Shown here in pieces: positions 14,235-24,102 of a stretch of DNA of 64,000 bases. Source of the DNA: Lepidodermella squamata (lineage: Eukaryota; Animalia; Gastrotricha); contig JBLDXI010000015.1 of assembly GCA_047495785.1 (NCBI GenBank), positions 5,084,001 through 5,148,000 on the forward strand, in the 5' to 3' direction. The notes below the pieces were generated by a model. It was not told the origin of the DNA. It saw only the letters and a program-made list of their open reading frames with translations, and did no database searches. Every line of letters begins with the position of its first letter. Position 1 is the first letter of the stretch. A program made the position numbers and the translations under genes.

Positions 14235-15458
14235 TTAAAATTTTTCAGCTTTCAAGGGTTTTCGCGCGATGAAAAAAGCGCATTGATACTCATAGAGCAA
14301 CATTGAATTCGGATTCTGAATGTAAGAACAAGAGATGCGCTTTTCCTCCTCCACATGGAAGCCAACTTGCGATATTACAGATCGAATCTGCCCGTAATTT
14401 AGCTCAACAGAGTCTGCCCCACTGACGTCAGCAAAATGGTACAAAAGAGGACCTGCAATAAATGTTGAAAATATCGTTCTGATGAATACTCCGTTCTGTT
14501 ACCTAAATTAATCCAATAGCCGCCGGGTTTCAGAATGTGATAAATACGTTCGATATACTCGATAACATTGTGAGCAGTGTCGATGAAAAATACGGTCGGA
14601 ACACAGTCCCATTGATTTTCGCTTGTATAAACGTCAAGAAAATCCCCAGCAGACATGGAAAAGCTAACGCCTTCGGGAATATTGCCATGAGGTGAGACAT
14701 CTGGAAACTTCGCTGCCTTCGTCTGGTCGATGAAAGAGAAATTATTCGACCAAGAGTGAATCCAAGGGTACAGAATTAAGGAGTTTGGTTCAATCAAGCG
14801 ATTCAGTACGAAATTTGATGCGAATAGCATGTAAGCGGAAAATTCGCAACCTTGGCTGTTATAACCCAGCCGAGCTATTTCAAACACCAATCGGGCTAGT
14901 CCAGCACCGGGCACAAGGACATCGTATTTCCCGAACGACTCCGCTTCTAATGGCAGTAAACGCTTTATGGCATCCAAGACAGGTCCGTAACACTGTTCAC
15001 GCTCCATGGCACCATCAGAGCTCCAATCTCTTACAAATTGCTTGATAGTGGTTCGAACTTTATCCATATCATCCAATCTGAGACGGCAGAAGCTCTCATC
15101 GTCAGCCGTATCTTTTAACGAGTAGGAAACATTTTGAAAAACATGGCATGCATTGCGAACGATGAGTTTGAGAACTTCGGCATTATGCTCAATACAGCAC
15201 CTTGCAGTTCCAAGTTCTTCCGATAAATTTGGTAGCATGGCTTTGTGTCGTGCTGGTAACCTAGAAAAATCATGCGCTCTGGCAGCCAGCTGTTCTAGGG
15301 AATATTCCCTTTATCAGAAAAATCTCTTTAAAATCTCGGTACTGTCATTTTCGGGATACTCACTTGTAATAAAGAAAAGCATTTAAGACGTGTTGAAAAT
15401 GGCGACGCTCCTCTTCCTCCTCTGAAATTTTCTTAGAGCAGCAATCTCCGTTATCCAT
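14235..15458 (-). CDS. CARNMT1: Carnosine N-methyltransferase (N2227-like)
   Basis: EEEEERRHFQHVLNAFLYY, TIKQFVRDWS, VLVPGAGLARL, AGDFLDVY, FFIDTAHN, LKPGGYWINLG|PLLYHF. Confidence 0.92.
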
Positions 15459-16223
15459 TTAAGTCAACCAAGCTCTTCTAAATTCCGGAAAAATTAATTT
15501 ATTTTTCCTCCCAACTGCAAATAGCAAAAAGCAGGTTGATACGCCAGAGTAAAAGTAACAGAGTAAAAGTTCAGTCAATATACAGAGGGGAGAGAGAGAG
15601 AGAGAGTTGATAATTAAGCAGTACCGATAGGATAGTTTGGAATTTGCAATTACACTCAAAATTAAACTCAGCACAACTCATAGGACCCAACCGATTTTTC
15701 TGACAATGATGAACCCGTTACTTATTAGTTGGGAATGTAGAATGTAGCAACTAAAATCGACCGAGCAACGAGCAACAACCGGCTAAATATCGTAAACGTT
15801 CACCGGAGTTCCACAACGGGTCAGTAGCTGTCAGAAGCTTCTCTTACTCATAAGAGAAAGGGCATTATTCCCAGGTATCGGTTATATCGTCAGACGACAG
15901 ACGACAACATCCAACGGCGATGAGGCGATGGGACACATTTTTTGCGTTTTCAGAGGCTTGAGGGTTGGGGATTGCGCGGTGACCCCAAGATTCGCGCGCG
16001 CGTAATTTGAATTTTTTTTAGATCTCAGCAAAATCATTTTAACATTTCTAACAATATTCAAACCGAAAAAATATATATACGTTATTATAGATCATAAAAT
16101 AAAAACCACATCTTTCGAGAGTTTCTCGTCTGCATCCACGAGACCACTCTTCTTTCAACACAAAACGTGGTGAATTGAACATTCGTATATTTCGATTTTG
16201 GAGTCGACTTAGCAGCGACTAAA
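15459..16223. promoter_or_regulatory. Divergent (probably bidirectional) promoter region between CARNMT1 and RPL24, with a possible 5'TOP tract at 16147-16156
   Basis: Head-to-head genes; CG-rich patch cgcgcgcgcg plus T-tracts near 15990-16020; ctcttctttc upstream of a ribosomal protein gene. Confidence 0.45.
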
Positions 16224-16887
16224 ATGAAGTAAGTTATCTTGTTTAACCTTTAAATGCTTAGATATGCTGAGCTCTGCCCCATCAGAACCTTAGAGAGCTA
16301 AATGCTTTGAATCAGAAATGACTGCAACTTGATGTTTTTTTTATTAAATCACAGGACCGAGCTATGTTCCTTCAGTGGTATGAAAATCTACCCCGGCCGT
16401 GGGCGCCGCATCGTCAAGGTAGATGGCCGTCTGTTCATTTTCCTCAACAGCAAATGCGAGAGTAACTTCATGATGAGGCGAAACCCTCGTAAGATTTGCT
16501 GGACTGTTCTGTACCGCCGCAAGCACAAGAAGGGTCAGCAGGAAGAAGAAAAGAAGAAAAAGCTGACTCGCCGCATCGTCAAGACTCAGCGCGCTATCAA
16601 TGGCGCTTCGCTTGCCGATATTCTTAAGAAGAGGTCCCAGCCCGCTGAAATCAGAGCTCAACAACGTGAGCAGGCTATCAAGGTTGCGAAGGATAAGCAA
16701 CGCCAGAAGGATGCTGCGAAGAAGGCCGCCAAGGTAATTTATTGATGCATTTTATTTGTGAATCCTGTAAATCGTCTTCTTGTCTTAGCTCAAGGAGCTG
16801 AAGACCGCTCAGCAATCGCAACAGAAGCAGCAGAAGGTTACCAAGCCCATGCAAAAGGGTCGTCCTCATGTTGGCATTCCTCGCTAA
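16224..16887 (+). CDS. RPL24: 60S ribosomal protein L24 (3 coding exons)
   Basis: ATGAA|gtaagt first exon; [36 protein letters not shown]; stop TAA 16885-16887; AATAAA follows at about 16953. Confidence 0.95.
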
Positions 16888-17046
16888 TTCGTATCTGCTG
16901 AATAAGTCGAACTTAGGTGCATCTATTGGCCGAGTTTTGTGAAGAGAGAAGAAATAAATGCTAATTTTCATTCGAATGATCTTATTTTTATTACTTTCAG
17001 TTTATATTGATGTATATTGTTTAGTTGTTAAGCATCAATTACTGTT

Positions 17047-17678
17047 ATGGATAAAGCCAAGAAGATGCTCAACAATTTGGGCTGGAAGGAAGGCACTTCT
17101 CTTGGTAAGAATGGCGATGGCATTACCTCGGCGATCAAGGTTCCTCTTAAAATGAATACAAGTGGGGTATGACTGATTGGATGAGTACGTGGATGTATCT
17201 TACTTACAAAGTCATTTTAGCTTGGATATCAATTCGGCAAAGAACTTACCCACGATTGGTGGGCTAGTGCTTACAATGACGCGGCAAACAGCGTGAAAAT
17301 TTCCAAAGACGATAAGGGCATTCGCGTGCAACTCCCGGAGACATCTGCGAAGAAACGTGCAAGGAAAGCCTATAAAGATAGCTTTAAACAAAGTAATGGC
17401 TCAGAAGAGACGGATGAAGAGGAGGAGAAGTCTAAACCTGTTTTCGAAAACCCTATCAAAAAGATCAAAGGAATCACTTGTCATAAGTAAGTTTTTGACG
17501 CTGTTTGAACTTCAAACTCATGCGTAATGAATTTAGAGCTGCGAGACACGGTATTGGGATGAATGGAAAGTTGGAGCGTGTGGAGAGACAAGAGAGGCTA
17601 CATCTTTCCCGCGAAGAGGCCGAAAAAGCTGATTCTGCAACTGCCACTCCTTCCAAGAAATCTAAACGGGGCGAATAG
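17047..17678 (+). CDS. GPATCH4: G-patch domain-containing protein 4 (3 exons)
   Basis: MDKAKKMLNNLGWKEGTSLGKNGDGI..GLG, then DWWASAYNDAA and GITCHKAARHGIGMNGKLERVERQE. Confidence 0.82.
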
Positions 17679-18304
17679 TTGTGATGAAATGATGCTAGTT
17701 TTAACCTCTGCTCATAATTTAATATTTTTATTGGAATAAATGATGCGCTTTTGTTGCGTTGGACTGAAAATACCATTTATTTGATTGAGATGTACTCGAC
17801 AATTCAAGCTTCACTTGAAATTTTCGATATTTTCGGTTATCTTCAACCTGAGACTTCTGGCGAAACTTCCGGGCTCATGGAAAAATGAGCTGATTTCGAC
17901 ATATTGTTGTACACGTGTCGAGGTTGCAGTTCATTTCGTAACGCCTTGAAGACTCAGTTTCAGTTCCTCATATCGAATTGGACACCCTTTGTTCAAGTAC
18001 TGTTCGATTATTGTCCGAATTATTATTCAGAGCCACTAACTTTAGACATCTGCGTAACTTCCCGGCAGCAAAGTTGACATTTCCCATCAGTCGAATCGGA
18101 CAAATACAAATTTCATCAAACCCTATCAAATTATACCAAAATTAGCCACTCACCAGTAAAGCGAGCTTTAGTTGACGGTATTATTTCCTGTTTTGTTCCG
18201 GCGATGGCCTAAAAATGCTTACCCGAAAATTTCCCTCTGGCTCCACATTTCCCGGCAGCTACTGCTGCCCGGATCAGTAGATTCAACACCTCTGCTACGA
18301 AGTA

Positions 18305-18745
18305 CTGTCAACTGGGTTGACTTTGTGCAGTGGGGTCACTTCGACGTACCAAAATGGGGTGACTTTGGCGTAAAAAAAAAATCAAAGATGCGTAAATACC
18401 TCGCGTAAATACCTCGCGAGTTGGGTACCGATGGATAGCCTGGAGGAAATCCAGTCTGAAAATGGCATAAGATTTCAATTCCGATCAGACGGCTTCAGTT
18501 GGGCAGTCACCAAAGTTTAAATCAAACAAATAAATTTTTCGAAATTTTCCCAAAACGTCACCTGCGATTATATGTCCTTAGATGGGGTGCATTGTACACA
18601 TCCAGGCTGGCCTTTCCTTGGGCTATCCAACGATACCCCACTCGCGAGGTATTTACCTTACCATCTTTGATTTTGGGTACGCCAAAGTCAACCCATTATG
18701 GTACGTCGAAGTGACCCCACTGCCCAAAGTCACCCCAGTTGACGG
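18305..18745. mobile_element. Non-autonomous Tc1/mariner-pogo-type MITE (441 bp)
   Basis: About 150-bp imperfect TIRs (CTGTCAACTGGGTTGACTTTG... / ...CAAAGTCACCCCAGTTGACGG) flanked by TA at 18303-18304 and 18746-18747. Confidence 0.85.
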
Positions 18746-19734
18746 TATGTGAAGGGTTTGAAGATCGATGTCTTCCTGGTCTGGATCGACAACTCGCCTG
18801 AACGAAAAACGTACGTAGTGGCCGGAGAGATTTTTCTCAATTCCAGCTTTCGACAATGCGTTATTCACCAAAACATCGATGGAATGATCGCCTAACCTCA
18901 CCCGCTTGTGGAAGCGCTCTTTTGATCCTATTCGCAATTCCGATTTGAACAGTTTAGATAGAAGGGATCGGTGTATCTTCAACAAACTCATTTATATAAA
19001 AAGCAAAAGTAAACTGGTTAGAAAAATGTGTGTTCTTTTGGCTTTTTCAGCCATGTAACAACAACATCCATCTTGTTACACCCGCAGATGCATGTAAAAA
19101 CCGCTCCTTTACATGTCAAAATGTCGTCTCTACACTTTATTACACTCAGTTTTTTCTGTGCGGGTATTATTGTCAGTCTTCCAAACGCCGCGATGTAGAT
19201 GCATTGATTTCTGCGCGAACCCAGCTGGCAGGCGACCGATTTGAGTGGCGTCATGGAGGCAACGATTTGTTCGTTTCCAGACTCGATCGAACCAAGGCAA
19301 CTGATGATCTTGGGGCTTGATATCGGCGCTCTGTTCCATGAGCCTTGACCACCGATGCTTCGGCCAGCCGGAGAGCAGCAAGATTTTGATGACGAATGAC
19401 GGTTGACCAAAAATCCAGTTGCAAACAAGAACAAACTCGCCGAATGAAAAGTGTCTTTCTTTTTCAAACGAAGAATTGTTTTCGTGAAATTTTAAGTTGG
19501 ATGTTTCATTTTCTCGAAATGATTATCCTGAAATCATCCCTATGTACCCATTGCACCCTTTTAGAGAGCCTAAAGGTGTCGTGCGCATATGTATGATCAT
19601 GTATGAATATTCTCTTTGCACCGGGCAATAACCTGCGCTATGTACTCCTTCGAATCCACTATATACTATTATGAATTGAGATTGACAGTTCAATTTTATT
19701 CACCGTTTACTGAATTCGCAATAAATTATAAAGT

Positions 19735-20796
19735 TTACGGGCCATCATTTTCTGAGGCTACCTTTCGGATAAAATTAATGAGAGCCAGAACGCAAATTAT
19801 GAATGAGACTTGTTCAGTATGTACAATAAGGTCGTCAATGTAACAGTGGTGAGACAAAATCATTGAGAAACAACTCGAGTGTAGGCCTTTAATTGGTCGC
19901 TTTTCCAATAGATCTCGGAGGTCCGAAACGTAGTGCGCGAATTCGTGTGAACCAAGCGTGAGCACAGGTAACGCTACCAGCCATAAGGTTCGAAGATATA
20001 GAAATCGGCATTTAGCAGTCGAGCAATACCATACATCCACGCTCCATCGGATGCAAATAAGGAGAATGCTGACGAGAAGTATGCTGTTGCATGCAGTTAA
20101 AATACTCGCGAAAAGAATGGATAAAGCTGGGAAGTCGATGTAGCTGATACTGTCGCGAGAACGCATGACCTCGTAGAAAAACGTGTAACTGCTCGAATAA
20201 CTACGACAGACTGTACATTCGTAATTTAAAACACTGGCCAGGTTCAGTGATGCCGCTAGGATGCAAAATACCCCAACGGCAAATGACGAGGCTGTGATGC
20301 GCATGCGTGGTTTTAAAATCCCTTGCCGTGCCCGGTCTAAGTAAAATCTCGAGATGGCCGTTTCAAAACTTGCGGCAGCCAGGTAAATTTCCACAAAGGT
20401 TCGCAAGGTCCGTTGAGCGAATACAGATACGAATAACGCAGAGTAACACATTATCAGTCCAGCGTCGCCTTCGAAATGATAGCGAACAACTTGCCCTTCA
20501 GGTTTCAGAAAATCTAAACAGGATATCGCCGAATTAGCAGCCAGCGCTCGCAACAACACGCGAACAATGAAAACCAGCTGGTTGGATCTATAGTAATGGT
20601 TTCGAGATGCCAGTCGAGCCTCTCGATAACGCTTCGCCTCCATCTTCTCCAGAGACTTCAGAGCAACGATAACCGCGCACAGTTGTATGAAGGCAAGGAG
20701 GGGGCGGATTATGCCGTGAGTAAAAATTCGCAACGGCCAGTCTTGACATTCGTCGCCAAAACATGGGCAAGTTACAACATTTGTATCAATCGTCAT
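19735..20796 (-). CDS. Intronless divergent 7TM (rhodopsin-like/chemoreceptor-type) protein
   Basis: 353-aa ORF with about 7 hydrophobic segments; Cys at the top of TM3; IYLAAASFETAISRF sits where the DRY/ERY motif would be. Confidence 0.55.
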   Translation of the reverse strand: MTIDTNVVTCPCFGDECQDWPLRIFTHGIIRPLLAFIQLCAVIVALKSLEKMEAKRYREARLASRNHYYRSNQLVFIVRVLLRALAANSAISCLDFLKPEGQVVRYHFEGDAGLIMCYSALFVSVFAQRTLRTFVEIYLAAASFETAISRFYLDRARQGILKPRMRITASSFAVGVFCILAASLNLASVLNYECTVCRSYSSSYTFFYEVMRSRDSISYIDFPALSILFASILTACNSILLVSILLICIRWSVDVWYCSTAKCRFLYLRTLWLVALPVLTLGSHEFAHYVSDLRDLLEKRPIKGLHSSCFSMILSHHCYIDDLIVHTEQVSFIICVLALINFIRKVASENDGP

Positions 20797-21410
20797 CTTA
20801 TAAGCAACGAACTCGTTAATTTACCGTGACTTCGTTCGAAAGGACATTTTTAATCAGGGTACAACAGACGGGCAGGTTTTTCGCCTTATCATCAATTTAT
20901 TATTTTCAATATCAATTTCGTTCACTCAAAATTCAAAGTCTTATACGTCAAAACGTAAAATCATTTCCGAAGAATAGCGTTACGTGGCGATTTCATCGCA
21001 GCGATAAGTGTCGCTTTATAATATACCAATATAAATTTCAAAACAAATAATAAGCTGGAATTATTTCTTGCTTGCCGCCTTATCAGCTGCGCGCGTATCG
21101 TCGCGTCGAAAAACAATAACAGACTGCGAAAGCATCGAAGAGAACAGTAAAATCACAACATCACATTAAAATCATAATAGTTGTTAGCTACGACACGTTT
21201 GAGGAATAGCGCGATTGCTGGGAACTCTAACTGCTTTAGCAAAAAACAAAACGGCGAAACATGCACTCTCAAATAATGGGGTTGTAGAAGAGGTTGTAAA
21301 TGATGATGCCATGTAAAAAATGCAAATTTTTTGAGCAGTTATTGTAAAAATGACAAAATAAACGCTGTAGTAAATATTTCGATCCTTTATGACTCAAAAA
21401 TGAAAAACCA

Positions 21411-21465
21411 GTCGCCTAATCCGACATGTTTCAGCTTTTATTCAGCCATCTTCAGGGTCTGACAA
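21411..21465 (-). ncRNA. Mirror copy of the hammerhead ribozyme-like motif
   Basis: Exact reverse complement of 22171-22225 in the left palindrome arm. Confidence 0.7.
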
Positions 21466-22170
21466 CAAGTAAGGAAATCAACAATCAAGTTTCGAGACTA
21501 ATATTAAAACAAGTTTACCAATTTTGTCACCAATCGTTTTTTCGTGTAATTATCAAAAATTAATCAAAAGAATCAAAAACAGAAATCATGATCTATTAAA
21601 ATAAATTGTATGAGTAATTATTTGTTACAGTAGTTATTAAGGCTAGGGTTAAGAGCTTGGATAAATAGTTTTTCAGTACGAAGTAAACGATAAGGTAATT
21701 TACAATGATGTAGGATCTGAGTAGAGAATGGCGGATCAGATTTAGTACAGGTTTTGAAGTGTTCCCCAATGGTGCCATCTTTAGTTTTATTAGAAGCGTA
21801 ACAGTGTTGTGTAGTACGGTACTACACAACACTGTTACGCTTCTAATAAAACTAAAGATGGCACCATTGGGGAACACTTCAAAACCTGTACTAAATCTGA
21901 TCCGCCATTCTCTACTCAGATCCTACATCATTGTAAATTACCTTATCGTTTACTTCGTACTGAAAAACTATTTATCCAAGCTCTTAACCCTAGCCTTAAT
22001 AACTACTGTAACAAATAATTACTCATACAATTTATTTTAATAGATCATGATTTCTGTTTTTGATTCTTTTGATTAATTTTTGATAATTACACGAAAAAAC
22101 GATTGGTGACAAAATTGGTAAACTTGTTTTAATATTAGTCTCGAAACTTGATTGTTGATTTCCTTACTTG

Positions 22171-22225
22171 TTGTCAGACCCTGAAGATGGCTGAATAAAA
22201 GCTGAAACATGTCGGATTAGGCGAC
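22171..22225 (+). ncRNA. Minimal type I hammerhead ribozyme-like motif (PLE type)
   Basis: agacc CTGAAGA t ggct gaataaa agct GAAAC at GTC ggatt: CUGANGA and GAAA cores, 4-bp stem II, palindromic ACATGT stem III, GUC site at 22211-22213. Confidence 0.72.
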
Positions 22226-22423
22226 TGGTTTTTCATTTTTGAGTCATAATTATGATATCGCTTTTCCATCAAATCCTACGACTAAAAATTTCGATCCTTC
22301 TCCGTTTTCGAACATGCGAAATCTCGTGCACTGCATGTCAGTAAAGGTTGAATCGTGAGGAGGCACAACATACATATAAGGAAGCGCATTTAAATCCTAG
22401 GAAACCGAGAGAGGTAGCATTTG

Positions 22424-23784
22424 TTAGAAGCGGTTTGCGTACAACTTGTTCGGATAGTAGAATTCCTCTTCATCCGAGTACGACGGCGACTGCGAATGAT
22501 TCAGCTGCCAGTCGTTTTGTACTACAGCCTGCACATGCCGGCGATGATGGCGTCTTGACGAAGATGACCCGGAAGACCGTCCCCGAGACCGTTCCAGATC
22601 GATAAGCAATGTACCGGAAACTATTGCTACAGCTAAAGTATAAAATAAGGACGTAATGCACCCGCATATTATTTGAGATGGAACTTACTTAAAATTACGA
22701 CCAAAATGGAAGCGGACGCCGTTAATCCAATAGCAACTTTTTGCCCCAAGTCCTCAATCAAGGCTTGATGGCAACCGATTGTGTTCCAATTCATAGCTTT
22801 GTAATTTCTTTGCGATGCGTCCTTGAAAGTAAATGGGATTCACGTAATAAATAATGTAAGATTACAAAACATACAGTTCGACATGCATCTATTCTGACAG
22901 TAGATGAATTCACGTCAGCACAGCAAACCAGAGGCATTGTTGTAGTTGGCTGAAAGGTATGTTTCAAGTTTTAATACCATGCAATGTGTAATTTTTTCAA
23001 AATTACATTCAACCGAGTCCATAGTTTTGCAGCACCAGCAGGGTAGTCGCGATAGCTGGTGAACCCGCAGCATGAATATGAACGCTGTATGTAGTTAATG
23101 AGCAAAGTAAAGCTGAAGATTTCAGGCGAGACATTGCGGTAGTCTGAGGCCGTGTCACCGGCGTACATTTCGCCGAACGCAAAGTTGTTCATGAACTCGA
23201 TGGCAGCGAGGGTGGCGTCGTCGCGGAACGCGTAGTACAGCACGACAAGAATAATGAGGGCGAGATCGTAGACGGCGAACACGGTCATGCAGAGACCCAG
23301 GCAGAAGAGCCAGAACGAGTTGAGGCAACTCGCTGGGGAGTTGCGCGAAGGTCGCTGCCGCAAGATAGGCATAAGAATAGACGCAACTGCACAGCCGGCT
23401 AGTACCCAGCCCAAAATCAAGAAGATTGAGTCGAGGTACCAGCGGCCGAAAATGATTGTAAAATCAATTTGATCTGTTCTGTTGTTGAGCTCTGAAAAAG
23501 GTTCAGAATTAAACGAAAATTAGAATGTGTATAAAGACATTTCTCTCACTGGTATCGATTGGGGAAAGGAGAGCATACAGCCGATCGCCGTACAGACCGT
23601 ATAGCCGGCTTGTGCTTGAAATGCTTCGCACCGAGTCATTGAGGTTAACTGCTGTGTCGTTTTCGCCCGACAAATGCATGAGGGCGCCGAGAGTTCCGAC
23701 GAAGACGCCGACAAGAGCGAGGAGGGCTGACGACAGCACGAGCCAAATGGCCATGCAAAACCGTCGCGAAGACGACGAGGCCAT
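22424..23784 (-). CDS. Divergent tetraspanin A
   Basis: Four TM segments; large loop with YSCCG, MPLVCC and IGCH; GT-AG introns; tail ends YPNKLYANRF*. Confidence 0.82.
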
Positions 23785-24102
23785 AAAAACAGCCTAGGTC
23801 AACTTTCAAATTAAATTTTGTCTAAATAAATGAAGAAATTATAGGTAATATCAAAATATTCATTGTTAGATTTTTTTGATAAAACAAAAATTTCGACGAT
23901 TGTAAACGGTGAATTGACATAAATTAGGCTTCACTTTCTCATGTGGCAACAAATGAATAGTGGCTTCTGTGTATAAATGGCGAAGACAGAGAAGGAAAAC
24001 AAGTGAGGGACTCGAATCACCTGTCGAATCGTAATCTGAGACCAGCGATTTAAACGGGCATGCGATTGAAATAGCATTTCTCTTTAGAAAAATGTCTCCG
24101 CA

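Larger units (their letters stand above)
21387..22249. repeat. Perfect palindrome, 431-bp arms with 1-nt spacer at 21818
   Basis: Reverse-complement identity read at both ends and the centre (gtac-g-gtac); identical ORFs 21596-21877(-) and 21759-22040(+). Confidence 0.97.
21388..22287 (+). mobile_element. 5'-truncated Penelope-like element with inverted duplication
   Basis: Frame 21818-22018 reads GTTQHCYASNKTKDGTIGEHFKTC..TQILHHCKLPYRLLRTEKLFIQALNPSLNNYCNK* (GIY-YIG endonuclease C-terminus). It is followed by a hammerhead motif and a 38-nt tail. 12-bp direct repeat ATTTCGATCCTT at 21376-21387 and 22288-22299. Confidence 0.85.

Noticed and set aside
16229-16354. Longer first intron of RPL24 as a snoRNA host
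   Set aside because: No convincing C/D or H/ACA boxes in the right arrangement.
21596-22040. Two identical 93-aa ORFs on opposite strands
   Set aside because: By-product of the palindrome; the meaningful frame is the GIY-YIG fragment at 21818-22018.
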